Shown: positions 46,337 to 55,225 of the stretch, piece after piece
How positions within the stretch are numbered: the first letter of the stretch is position 1
Layout: each line of letters begins with the position of its first letter
Sequence record: OQ722176.1
Strand: one strand, 5' to 3'
DNA: 64,000 bases
The notes under the pieces: generated by a model
Databases searched by the model: none
Told to the model about the DNA's origin: nothing
Seen by the model: only the letters and a program-made list of their open reading frames with translations
Made by a program: the position numbers and the translations under genes

Positions 46337-46582
46337 ATGACGCACGATTTGAATATGCTTCTTGAGCAGTACAACCTAGCAAATTTCGAATGCGACGGTG
46401 ATTTTGATGACTATTACTGGTCAGTAGCAGAATGGATCGGACAGACTGTGTTCAGTCACGGTACAATTCGCAAGCACGATATTTTAGAACTGCTTTGCGA
46501 CTTGCTTGAGGTCTCAGAAGACCAAATCAACGTAGATGACGTTGACGAATTTTTATCTGAAGTTTATGAGGTAATTGCATAA
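46337..46582 (+). CDS. hypothetical acidic protein
   Basis: 81-aa ORF, AAGGT SD. Confidence 0.7.
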   Translation: MTHDLNMLLEQYNLANFECDGDFDDYYWSVAEWIGQTVFSHGTIRKHDILELLCDLLEVSEDQINVDDVDEFLSEVYEVIA

Positions 46583-46642
46583 TGAAGAAATTTCATCGTA
46601 AGGAGCTGTTTCACTAGTGTAATTTAACTAGGAGAAACAGCA

Positions 46643-47155
46643 ATGACAGAACCAAAACTGTACAAAGGCGTAAAGAAAAAAGATCTACCTGTTTACAACT
46701 CACGTGAATGCGGTTACAAGCACATCTACAAAGATGATGAGGGTAGCTGGGTTCCAGAGTGGGCTAGAACTTATGTTGTATACGAGCGTTGGTGGGATTA
46801 TCGTACCGCAGTTGGCTTCTACATTTCTAAAGAAGCAAACAGCATCATTCGCCTTATTCGTAACGGCGAATACCTAGCGCGCCACAAAGGTAACTACGTG
46901 TTTCGATACACGCCAGTACCGGGTGTTCACAACTACAAGAACGGAATCTACGCTCATCGTGGGAATGGTCTGATGAATCAGATTCACCACGACCAAATGT
47001 GCAAAGACGAGATTGAACCAGAATACGGCAATGTCGTGCGCATGAAGCGTTCTAAACTAGTTCGCGTGCTTCGTGATTGGGATGGACTTGAGTCTTACCA
47101 CGCACGTTCACACGGCTGGAAACGCTCTAAAAAGCGTAAACAGTGGATGAAATAA
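46643..47155 (+). CDS. hypothetical basic protein
   Basis: 170-aa ORF, AGGAG SD; ends GWKRSKKRKQW. Confidence 0.75.
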   Translation: MTEPKLYKGVKKKDLPVYNSRECGYKHIYKDDEGSWVPEWARTYVVYERWWDYRTAVGFYISKEANSIIRLIRNGEYLARHKGNYVFRYTPVPGVHNYKNGIYAHRGNGLMNQIHHDQMCKDEIEPEYGNVVRMKRSKLVRVLRDWDGLESYHARSHGWKRSKKRKQWMK

Positions 47156-47158
47156 ATG

Positions 47159-47197
47159 AAAAAAGGGTTGACACACGTCAGCCCTTTTTAGTATCAT
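47159..47197 (+). promoter_or_regulatory. fused terminator/early promoter module
   Basis: AAAAGGGTTGAC-acac-GTCAGCCCTTTTT containing TTGACA, 18 bp to TATCAT. Confidence 0.8.
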
Positions 47198-47225
47198 ACA
47201 GTAGTTATTACATGAGAGAAACATT

Positions 47226-47822
47226 ATGACTGATAAGAAAATCAAACCAACCCTAATTTTTGACGTAGACGGCGTGCTTATTGATTGGGCAAGTCAGCTA
47301 CCGTTATTCTGCAAACGATGCGGCATCGACCCTGTTCGTGCGCTAAAACACTTCACAGCAAAAGAACACGTTGACGTACGAGATCTATTTGGCGTAGAGC
47401 AACGTTCAATTGCATTCGACCTGCTTGAGAAATACAATCTTGAGCATGGCAAGTACATGACTGCGTTCCCAGATGCTGTTGAGCATGTACATAAAATCGC
47501 TAAAGAGTACAATCTAATTGCGCTGACAAAATTTGGTGACACTACTGACCACTGGCTAGTTCGCAAGTTCAATCTTGAGACGTTCTTCCCGGGTTGTTTC
47601 AGTGAGCTAATCACTATTCGCGGTGATGAAAGCAAAGTCGGTTATGTTGCTGCACTTCAAGCAGATCACAACGTCGTGGGATTCATTGACGATCAGCTTG
47701 AAAACATTGAAGCAATTGGTCGTGCTACAAGTCTCAAGACTATTCACTTAAATCGCTACGACGAACGTGCCGACGTTCATCACATGTCAAAGCTGTTAGA
47801 CTTTATTCACGCGAAAGTTTAA
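47226..47822 (+). CDS. 30.2: HAD-family phosphatase, gp30.2-like
   Basis: FDVDGVLIDW..LP.F, NLETFFPGCFSE, FIDD match T4 gp30.2. Confidence 0.8.
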   Translation: MTDKKIKPTLIFDVDGVLIDWASQLPLFCKRCGIDPVRALKHFTAKEHVDVRDLFGVEQRSIAFDLLEKYNLEHGKYMTAFPDAVEHVHKIAKEYNLIALTKFGDTTDHWLVRKFNLETFFPGCFSELITIRGDESKVGYVAALQADHNVVGFIDDQLENIEAIGRATSLKTIHLNRYDERADVHHMSKLLDFIHAKV

Positions 47823-47846
47823 CAGAGCTAAACCCCGTTGTATAAT
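47817..47846 (+). promoter_or_regulatory. GTTTA-class promoter
   Basis: GTTTAAC-17-TATAAT. Confidence 0.8.
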
Positions 47847-47878
47847 AAAGCTCCGTTTGGGGCTTTTTGGATTCACTG

Positions 47879-48178
47879 ATGATTAAACGAGCTTATATTA
47901 TTCATGCTGATAGCGCACTTGCAAAGCGTGCTGTTGTGCTTGACAAGAGAGAAGCAAAAGGCAAACCTTTCTTTGCAAGTCGTGAAGAGTGGGAAGCTGA
48001 ATTGCAGACTGATTGGCAAGAATGGAACAAAGAGGCATGTGATTACATTGTTCACATCTATGGCGATCATATCGCTGGCAAGACATTCTTAGTCACAATA
48101 AAAGACGGCAACGTATATTTTGAGGAAAATGATGTTTGCTATACTAATGAAAAGCAACCAAGAAGTGGCGATTATTGA
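47879..48178 (+). CDS. hypothetical protein
   Basis: Start at MIKRAY. Confidence 0.65.
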   Translation: MIKRAYIIHADSALAKRAVVLDKREAKGKPFFASREEWEAELQTDWQEWNKEACDYIVHIYGDHIAGKTFLVTIKDGNVYFEENDVCYTNEKQPRSGDY

Positions 48179-48350
48179 TCTCGCTGATGTTACAATGCCT
48201 GCATTGTACATGAGAGAAGAAGACGCGCTTAAAGTGTTGTACAAAAATGATTTACACGAACTCTGCTTTGTTGCACGTGTTCGTCCTGAAATTTATATCG
48301 AGGGTCCAGATGATTCTACCAATTCTAAACAAACTAGCAGCAACGAGTAA
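48129..48350 (+). CDS. hypothetical protein
   Basis: GAGGA SD before ATG. Confidence 0.55.
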   Translation: MMFAILMKSNQEVAIIDLADVTMPALYMREEDALKVLYKNDLHELCFVARVRPEIYIEGPDDSTNSKQTSSNE

Positions 48351-49650
48351 GCGTACTGAGAAAGAGAAGATTTTGAAAGCTGAAGCAAGCAACGATTTGC
48401 TGAAGCGTGTCTTCCAACTAGCTTACACGCCAACGTACCAGTTCAACATGAAGAAACTGCCTGAAGTATGTCACGAAACAGCGGCGCTTCACGTCGATTG
48501 CTATCTTCCGCTAGAAGAAGCACTTGAGCATGTGTACACCGAGCTTGTGACTAAGCAAACACGTGGTGGCGCTGCTCAGATTTTCGTTGAAAACGTACTG
48601 AAGCAAGTAACTGCCGACAACGCTGAAGTTATTCGTCGTGTTATTCTTCGCGACCTTAGAACTGGCTGTACTGGCGGCACTGCAAACAAAGTTTGGAAGA
48701 AGCTGATCCCAGAGCAACCACAAATGCTTGCAAGCTCTTACAAAGAAGAACTTGTTGACGCGATTCTAGCAAACCCTGCATATGCAGAGCTTAAAGCCGA
48801 TGGTGCTCGTTGTTTCGCGCACATTGACAAAGAAGGCAACATCACGTTCACGTCTCGAAACGGCAAGCCGTATCTTGGTCTTGTGAAGATCGAGAAAGAG
48901 CTTTCTAAGCTTGACGCAAAAGGTTTCGTGATTGATGGTGAGCTTGTTTACGCACCAAATGGTCTTGATAGCGTTGAAGATCGCTCGACTGGTAACGGCA
49001 TCGTTAACAAAGCAAGCAAAGGTACGATCACTGCTAAAGAACAAGCTGACATCGTGTTTCAAGTGTGGGATATTATCCCAGAAGAAGTGTACTTCGGTAT
49101 TGATAACACGATGAACATGCCGTATCGACTACGCAAGCAAATTCTAGCTGATTTAGTTGCATACGCGGTCGACATCGAGCCAATCCCATGGCACCCTGTA
49201 AACTCTAAAGAAGACGCAGGTAAAATCTACGCTGATTACGTCGCGAAGGGTTTGGAAGGCATCATCTTGAAAGACCCAGAAGCACTATGGGAAGACAAGC
49301 GAAGCAAGTCACTTGTTAAGTTCAAAGAAGTGCATGACGGTGACTTAGAAGTTATCGAAGTTCTAGAAGGCGATAAGAAAAACAAAGGCAAAGCTGGTGC
49401 TCTTCTATTGCGTTCAGCATGTGGCAAATTGATTACTAAAGTTGGTAGCGGATTTACTGACAAAGACCGCGAAGATATTTGGGCACGTCGTGATGAAGTA
49501 ATCGGCATGATTGTTGAAATCAACTACAACGCTATTACACAAGCACGAAACAAAGACACGTGGTCATGTTTCTTGCCAATCTTCGTGAAATTCCGTGACG
49601 ACAAAGACGTTGCGAACGTTCTTGAAGAAATGAGCGGTTTCAAAGGTTAA
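48310..49650 (+). CDS. 30: ATP-dependent DNA ligase gp30
   Basis: ELKADGAR, IDGEL, VWDII, EGIILK, VGSG; start corrected. Confidence 0.97.
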   Translation: MILPILNKLAATSKRTEKEKILKAEASNDLLKRVFQLAYTPTYQFNMKKLPEVCHETAALHVDCYLPLEEALEHVYTELVTKQTRGGAAQIFVENVLKQVTADNAEVIRRVILRDLRTGCTGGTANKVWKKLIPEQPQMLASSYKEELVDAILANPAYAELKADGARCFAHIDKEGNITFTSRNGKPYLGLVKIEKELSKLDAKGFVIDGELVYAPNGLDSVEDRSTGNGIVNKASKGTITAKEQADIVFQVWDIIPEEVYFGIDNTMNMPYRLRKQILADLVAYAVDIEPIPWHPVNSKEDAGKIYADYVAKGLEGIILKDPEALWEDKRSKSLVKFKEVHDGDLEVIEVLEGDKKNKGKAGALLLRSACGKLITKVGSGFTDKDREDIWARRDEVIGMIVEINYNAITQARNKDTWSCFLPIFVKFRDDKDVANVLEEMSGFKG

Positions 49651-49651
49651 T

Positions 49652-49675
49652 AAAAGGGGCGAAAGCCCCTTTTTT
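49652..49675 (+). terminator. terminator
   Basis: AAAAGGGGC-gaaa-GCCCCTTTTTT. Confidence 0.9.
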
Positions 49676-49677
49676 CG

Positions 49678-49685
49678 TATAAATA
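49678..49685 (+). promoter_or_regulatory. T4-type late promoter
   Basis: TATAAATA upstream of 49708. Confidence 0.85.
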
Positions 49686-49707
49686 CTTTCATTTAGAGAG
49701 AACGAAA

Positions 49708-50589
49708 ATGATTATTTTTGAACACGACGAAACGTTAATTGAAGCGTTCGACCGACCTGTTCCATACAGATGGGATGCTATGCACAATGAAGCTAGTTTC
49801 ACAGTAGGCGGTACGCAATACATGGCAACAATTCAAGACCGTGACACGCCACGCGGTGTAAGCATATATGTAGCATTCCAACGAAAAGACCGCGAAACTG
49901 GTAATTGGACGCACACGCTTGCAAAGGGTTCGCCTAAAGATGCAATGACAGTATTGAGTACAATTCTAGCTGCTACGTTTGAAAAAGCCTCTGAAATTCA
50001 CCCAGATGAGATTACGTTCAGTGCGTATTCAGATGAAGATCGCAACGATGCAGACAAACGTTTCCGACTGTACAAGCGTATGGCAGAGCGATATGCAAGC
50101 AAGATGGACTACACGGTTCACGTTATGGGAAATAGCTTCACGGTTAAGAACAATAACCCGCCGAAAGTTCGCAGACTGCACAACGACGGTATTAAAAAGG
50201 ACGAAGAACTAACGTACGTCATTTTCCCGAATACTAACGCATTCACATGGGCTAAGTTATTCTGGCTAGACAACGACGGTGATTATATTCGATTTGCATT
50301 ACCACACGGTCGAGTTTACATAGAACGAAAATCAAGTGATGTTGTTCACATTGAAGCAACGACCCCACGCGGTAAGTTCAACCACTTAGATTCGGCTGAG
50401 ATTTGGCTATCAATGCTAGGTGATGTTACAGTTAAAACGAGGACTGGTCGTACATTCGAGATTTCAGAAAAAGGTGCGATTCTTGATGCAGGTGATATGA
50501 TTTTGTGTGAGCAAGATACATTGTATTACGTCGAATCAGAAGAAGATTTCAGCAATATCTGGGGCTATGAACTAGAAGATATTAGATAA
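49708..50589 (+). CDS. putative internal head protein; N-domain paralogous to C-domain of ORF 4493-5473
   Basis: TLIE|AFDRP; KRFRLYKR motif; own late promoter. Confidence 0.6.
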   Translation: MIIFEHDETLIEAFDRPVPYRWDAMHNEASFTVGGTQYMATIQDRDTPRGVSIYVAFQRKDRETGNWTHTLAKGSPKDAMTVLSTILAATFEKASEIHPDEITFSAYSDEDRNDADKRFRLYKRMAERYASKMDYTVHVMGNSFTVKNNNPPKVRRLHNDGIKKDEELTYVIFPNTNAFTWAKLFWLDNDGDYIRFALPHGRVYIERKSSDVVHIEATTPRGKFNHLDSAEIWLSMLGDVTVKTRTGRTFEISEKGAILDAGDMILCEQDTLYYVESEEDFSNIWGYELEDIR

Positions 50590-50592
50590 AAG

Positions 50593-50619
50593 AAAAGGGA
50601 GCTAATTGCTCCCTTTTTT
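50593..50619. terminator. bidirectional terminator
   Basis: AAAAGGGAGC-taatt-GCTCCCTTTTTT. Confidence 0.9.
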
Positions 50620-50621
50620 GA

Positions 50622-52265
50622 TCATGGCGTTAATGGACTACGCTCTTTTACAAGACGCTCTTCGTCGATTTTAATTTCAACGGCACGCATGAAGTTTGCG
50701 ACTTCAGTCAGTTCATGCAAACGGTCTTGCTTTTTGCGCTCAGAAAGAACACTGAATTTTTCATGCTTGTTCTGTTTCGTTAGACGAATCACCGCATCAA
50801 ACTCAGACAGTTGAACCAATTCAGCTTCAAACATCGTATTACGGTTGATGATAAATTCACAATCGCCTTTCTTCCCGTGTTTTCCAGATGCCAGTACAGG
50901 CAATCCTTCAGCTTCGATAACAAACACAACGTTCAGTTTCTTATCTGATTCTAGCATATCACGCATTGTTGGTTTGCTGTTCTTATCAATTGCATTCACA
51001 ATAGTCTTAGACGTTGATTCAACGAAATCACACGCGACTGTTGGGTTGCTTGACGATGAAATAAACGCCGTTGACACAAACACACCAGATTCAAGAATTG
51101 ACCCAACTCGCTTGCTGCTCATTTCAGTACCGCGATACAGTGTCATTGCACTAGCAGACTTACCAGCTTCAGCAAATGCTTGGTCTAGACGTTTGATAAT
51201 CTCAGACGACTTATCAGATTCTTTACCGTGAATCAAAGCTTCGTTAACTTTCCATGCATTATGAGAAGCAGAATAACGAGCGATAGCCGCTTGTGTAAGC
51301 GCAGACAATCCCGCGAATGAATCTTCCTGCATTAGTTGCAGTGAAAGACGCTCATATTGCGCTGTATGCGCACGAGAACGCGATTCCATCAAGCAAGCTA
51401 GTACGTCACTAGGGTTTTTAGATTCACGTACGTACGAGTTGACTGCTTCAGCTAGAATCGGTAGTTCTAGGTTCATGTCGATAACACCGCGTGCAGCATT
51501 AGCCAATGACGAATCCGATTCAGTAAGTGACAGTTCAGTTAAGCGTGCGTTTTGTGTTGCGCTGTAACGAGATTCAAACTGTGGCATTTGAAGAACTTCA
51601 TTTGGAACACGAGCGGCAGGGTTTTCTTCAACCCATTGACCTAGTACGTCGTCTTCATAGTCTTCGTATCCAACATCGGCAGTTATGATAATCGTCTTTT
51701 TAGATGAAATATCAGTTTCAGTTGCCATTTTAGCAGCAAGCATGTTGATTGTTTCTTCCGATGCTTCGACTAGTTTATCAGCATTATAGCCAGGTTTAGT
51801 GATCACGAAGAAGCTGAAATCTTCAGCCATTTCATTCTCGCTGCCGCTCATTACTTTAGTGGTTTCACAGCCGTAGCGTAGTTTCTTGAATAGCGTCTTA
51901 ACGCGCATATCAAACATTTTACCGCTACCTAGCTTTTGAATTCGCATTGATACAGCATTAGCGCGAGTTTTAAGCATGAAACTCTGAACAAGAGTCACCA
52001 GAGTGTCTTGGAACTTTTGTTGATCTCCCATTTCACGAATAGTCAACCCGCCTTTCTTGCCACGCATAGCTGAGACAGTACAGAACCATGCACGCTTGCT
52101 ACGGTTGCCAATGTCAGTTTTAGTTTTAGTTGTGAACGTAACAACAACGTCACGAGCTTCGCCGTTCATGTCGATCACAAAGAATTTGTTTTCTTTGGTC
52201 GAGCGAGCCGGATAGTAGTCGTATGTTGCGCTCATGTTTTCAGTTAATTGTTGAAATCCAATCAT
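50622..52265 (-). CDS. alt: Alt-like NAD:protein ADP-ribosyltransferase
   Basis: MIGFQQLTE start; NAVSMRIQK (cf. T4 DACMLRILK); TLYRG, FISSS, GDCEFII R-S-E motifs; near gene 30. Confidence 0.75.
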   Translation of the reverse strand: MIGFQQLTENMSATYDYYPARSTKENKFFVIDMNGEARDVVVTFTTKTKTDIGNRSKRAWFCTVSAMRGKKGGLTIREMGDQQKFQDTLVTLVQSFMLKTRANAVSMRIQKLGSGKMFDMRVKTLFKKLRYGCETTKVMSGSENEMAEDFSFFVITKPGYNADKLVEASEETINMLAAKMATETDISSKKTIIITADVGYEDYEDDVLGQWVEENPAARVPNEVLQMPQFESRYSATQNARLTELSLTESDSSLANAARGVIDMNLELPILAEAVNSYVRESKNPSDVLACLMESRSRAHTAQYERLSLQLMQEDSFAGLSALTQAAIARYSASHNAWKVNEALIHGKESDKSSEIIKRLDQAFAEAGKSASAMTLYRGTEMSSKRVGSILESGVFVSTAFISSSSNPTVACDFVESTSKTIVNAIDKNSKPTMRDMLESDKKLNVVFVIEAEGLPVLASGKHGKKGDCEFIINRNTMFEAELVQLSEFDAVIRLTKQNKHEKFSVLSERKKQDRLHELTEVANFMRAVEIKIDEERLVKERSPLTP

Positions 52266-52297
52266 TTGTATAGACTCACCCTTTAGAAATATATGAG

Positions 52298-52305
52298 TAT
52301 TTATG
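52298..52305 (-). promoter_or_regulatory. late promoter variant CATAAATA
   Basis: Upstream of corrected alt start. Confidence 0.65.
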
Positions 52306-52355
52306 ATGCTCATAACACCCGTTGAAATTATTTTAAACTTTTTTGAACAAAATGG

Positions 52356-52385
52356 TTGCGTGTTGGCTAAAACATCGCCTAATAT
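52356..52385 (+). promoter_or_regulatory. early promoter
   Basis: TTGCGT-18-TAATAT. Confidence 0.7.
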
Positions 52386-52387
52386 AG

Positions 52388-52430
52388 CTACATCGAAACG
52401 ACTTCTACTAACAAAGAGAGAACAATTATG
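52388..52430 (+). repeat. conserved early-gene leader, copy
   Basis: CTACATCGAAACGACTTCTACTAACAAAGAGAGAACAATTATG. Confidence 0.88.
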
Positions 52431-52934
52431 AATGCACAATCAATGACTAACGCGCAAGTAGCAGCACACTTCAACATGACAGTTGCAGCAAACGGTTTTC
52501 AAGCTATCGACGAGAAAGGTCGTTCGCATTTCTTGACTGACTTACGTCAACAAGCAATGAAAGCTGCTAAAACGAAGCGTACAGCGAAAGTACGTGCAGC
52601 AAGCAAGAAGATTGCATTGCCTACCGCAGAAGAGAATCTAGCGCGTCTAAACGGTGATTTTACTGAATATCAGTGGTTCATTCGCGAATCTCAGCCAGGT
52701 CTTGAAATCGAAGAACTAGGTCTACGCTTCTACTTCATTGGCGGTGTTGTTAATCACCAGCTTAATATTCGCACTAAGCACTTCAGCAACAAAGAACTGA
52801 ACAATTTTTATGCAAATAAAAAGATTCTGAAAGGTCACAAAGGCACTGGTTCTATCACAATCGGCTCTCTAACATACGAAGAAGTGATTGAAATTGCTCA
52901 AGATATTATAGAAAGAAGCAAAAACGAGATCTAA
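52428..52934 (+). CDS. hypothetical early protein
   Basis: 168-aa ORF behind leader. Confidence 0.8.
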   Translation: MNAQSMTNAQVAAHFNMTVAANGFQAIDEKGRSHFLTDLRQQAMKAAKTKRTAKVRAASKKIALPTAEENLARLNGDFTEYQWFIRESQPGLEIEELGLRFYFIGGVVNHQLNIRTKHFSNKELNNFYANKKILKGHKGTGSITIGSLTYEEVIEIAQDIIERSKNEI

Positions 52935-52959
52935 ATCACGAAAAAGTAGTTTTCGGGTA

Positions 52960-52988
52960 TTGACAATAACACACCAATACCCGATAAT
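52960..52988 (+). promoter_or_regulatory. early promoter
   Basis: TTGACA-17-GATAAT. Confidence 0.8.
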
Positions 52989-53034
52989 AAACACATCAAG
53001 ACGAGATACACAAACTACTTTAAGAGAGAACATT

Positions 53035-53865
53035 ATGACAATCACTAAATCAGAAATGAAAGCAATCGCAATCGACCTAATGAGCGGCAACAATCTAATG
53101 CAACGCGATTTGCTTGCTGAAGGCTGGTCTTTTGAGTTTTCAACTCGTAAAGCTGCACTTGGTGATTGTAACTACCGTACTAAAGTTCTTCGCCTTTCTG
53201 AGAAATACTTGAACGCTCGTACTAAAGAAGAGCAAATCAACACAATCACTCATGAAATGGCTCACGCAATCGCGTACACTGATTTCAACGAAACTGGTCA
53301 CGGTGCAATCTGGAAACGTGTACACCGTCAACTAGGTGGTACGGCTGAACGTTGTTCAAAAGTTTCTAACCCAGAAGCAGTAGACAGCAAGTACGTAGTT
53401 TTCTTCGAAAACAACAAAGGCGAACTTGAAGTTGTTCAGAAAATGGATCGCATGACACGTCGTTTTCAGCCAGTACACATCAAGTCTCTATACTTGAAAG
53501 GTCGTAAAGCTGAAACTGAAGGTCAACTTCGTTGTGTATCTTCAGCGACTTTCAAAATCATCAAAGCGAATCTTGAAGCGACAAAAGCTGACAATGCTAA
53601 AGCAGTTGAGCCAGTAGCTCCTAAAGCTGAACCTAAAGCAGAAAAGAAAGAAGCGCCTAAAGCTGCTCCTGCTAAAGTATCTGCACGTGGTCAAGCTGCT
53701 CGTGACGCAATCGCAGAAATCGTAATGACTACAACTCACAAAGGTTGCAAGTCAGTATCTTTCGAACAACGCGGTAAATACAAAGATTGGTACATCATGA
53801 TTGAACTAGACGCTCACACAATCGAGCAGCGCCTAGACACTTTCAAAAAGAAACACAGCTTGTAA
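53035..53865 (+). CDS. SprT-like zinc metalloprotease
   Basis: ALGDC, HEMAH (HExxH), GHGAIWK; start corrected. Confidence 0.85.
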   Translation: MTITKSEMKAIAIDLMSGNNLMQRDLLAEGWSFEFSTRKAALGDCNYRTKVLRLSEKYLNARTKEEQINTITHEMAHAIAYTDFNETGHGAIWKRVHRQLGGTAERCSKVSNPEAVDSKYVVFFENNKGELEVVQKMDRMTRRFQPVHIKSLYLKGRKAETEGQLRCVSSATFKIIKANLEATKADNAKAVEPVAPKAEPKAEKKEAPKAAPAKVSARGQAARDAIAEIVMTTTHKGCKSVSFEQRGKYKDWYIMIELDAHTIEQRLDTFKKKHSL

Positions 53866-53877
53866 TTCTCTCAATCA

Positions 53878-53897
53878 GCCCCGAAAGGGGCTTTTTT
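53878..53897 (+). terminator. terminator
   Basis: GCCCC-gaaa-GGGGCTTTTTT. Confidence 0.9.
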
Positions 53898-53903
53898 AGG
53901 TTT

Positions 53904-53974
53904 GAGGTGGAAAAATTCCGTCTCATCTTAGTAGAATTAGTAGTTTTAGTAATATTAGAGTTATTAGTAAAATT
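53904..53974 (+). repeat. 71-bp iteron/hairpin cassette, copy 2
   Basis: 62/71 identical to reverse complement of 11300-11370. Confidence 0.9.
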
Positions 53975-54004
53975 GTTTAAGAACCGCCTTGATAGCCGTA
54001 TAAT
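53975..54004 (+). promoter_or_regulatory. GTTTA-class promoter
   Basis: GTTTAAG-17-TATAAT. Confidence 0.8.
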
Positions 54005-54022
54005 GTACGTCGAGGTGATGAA

Positions 54023-54262
54023 ATGATAACGATATACACAATTCCTAACTGTGACGGCTGTCGTCACGCTATCTCCCTCTGTAAGTTCAAAAACGTCCCG
54101 TATACTGTAATCGAGTTGCAGTCTCAATCTGACATCGACGAATTGCATAGAAAGCTTGGTGGTGTTCGTAATATTCGAGTTCCGCTTGCCATGCACGGTG
54201 ATACATACATTGGTCACCTGCCTGAATTAAAGCGATTTGTTGATAACCAGACGTATAAATAA
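54023..54262 (+). CDS. glutaredoxin
   Basis: YTIPNCDGC, VP, YIG. Confidence 0.88.
   Translation: MITIYTIPNCDGCRHAISLCKFKNVPYTVIELQSQSDIDELHRKLGGVRNIRVPLAMHGDTYIGHLPELKRFVDNQTYK
54254..54261 (+). promoter_or_regulatory. T4-type late promoter
   Basis: TATAAATA upstream of gene 24. Confidence 0.85.
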
Positions 54263-54320
54263 AAGAAATTACGTACATTCTCTCCGCTGAAATGCGGCAA
54301 TAAATTAAAGGAATCATACA

Positions 54321-55217
54321 ATGACTGTATCGAATAGTAACGGTTTACCAGACATTGTTACTGTCCAAAAACGAGTATATCCGCTAGTATTTACGGAAAT
54401 CGTTTCTGAACAGCCAACAACCCAGCCCGTTGCAACTGCTTATGGCTTTAAAGCTGTACCTGAAGCTGACGACGGAAGCGGCTGGACTCAATTCGGGTTT
54501 AGACTTGATCGCTGGTATGCTGAAGTAAAATCTTCAAAAATGAAGACTGAAATCTCTCTTGAAACAATTCAAGATATGGCTGCACTTGGTGTTAGCAATA
54601 CTGTTATTGTTGACTCGTTAGCTGACCAAATCGCTGATGAGATCAATAGTGACATTATCGACTCACTAAACGCAATTTCAAGCGTTGGTACTGCTATCAC
54701 TCTTGTGGGTAACAATGATTGGGAAAAAGGTCAAGACCTGTATACTCAAGTTCATTTAGCTGCGGCAGCAATTGAAAAGACAACTGGCTGTAAAGGCACA
54801 TATGTCGTTGCTGGTGGTGATTGTTTTGGTTACTTGACTGGCTGTGGTGTTGTTCAACGTGTCGGTGAATCAGACGTTTATAAAGCATGGTCTGGTCTAT
54901 ACATCGTTCACGACAAATACGCAACTTCTGACTATGTAACTGTTGGTGTTAAGAAAGACTTCGGTGATTACGAAATCTCAAGTTTAGTATTCAGCCCATA
55001 CAAATTTGACCGCGCAACTGATGGTGCAATTGCGTATCAGTACAAAGGCACTGATCCAAAATCATTCCACCCTGTGTATGGTGTTATTGCACGTTATGCA
55101 CTGACTGTTCCGCCACTTGAATCTGGTCAAACAGGCGCAGAAGAAATAGACTGGGACAATCTTGGTGCATTAGCTAACAGTTCTAAACTGTCTTACACAT
55201 ACGCAGTAACAGTATAA
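54321..55217 (+). CDS. 24: capsid vertex protein gp24 (short form)
   Basis: LPDIV..LVFTEIVSEQPTTQPVATAYG; SLETIQDM; IARYAL. Confidence 0.8.
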   Translation: MTVSNSNGLPDIVTVQKRVYPLVFTEIVSEQPTTQPVATAYGFKAVPEADDGSGWTQFGFRLDRWYAEVKSSKMKTEISLETIQDMAALGVSNTVIVDSLADQIADEINSDIIDSLNAISSVGTAITLVGNNDWEKGQDLYTQVHLAAAAIEKTTGCKGTYVVAGGDCFGYLTGCGVVQRVGESDVYKAWSGLYIVHDKYATSDYVTVGVKKDFGDYEISSLVFSPYKFDRATDGAIAYQYKGTDPKSFHPVYGVIARYALTVPPLESGQTGAEEIDWDNLGALANSSKLSYTYAVTV

Positions 55218-55225
55218 GGTGTGAC

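Noticed and set aside
47847-47868. Hairpin AAAGCTCC-gttt-GGGGCTTTTT just after a -10 box as an attenuator
   Set aside because: More simply the terminator of the 30.2 gene overlapping the next start site; there is no leader peptide
52266-52439. Track's upstream extensions of alt (also 34, 40, 30, uvsY, sprT, 46)
   Set aside because: The extensions overlap promoters or neighbouring genes; downstream ATGs have an SD and match homologue starts
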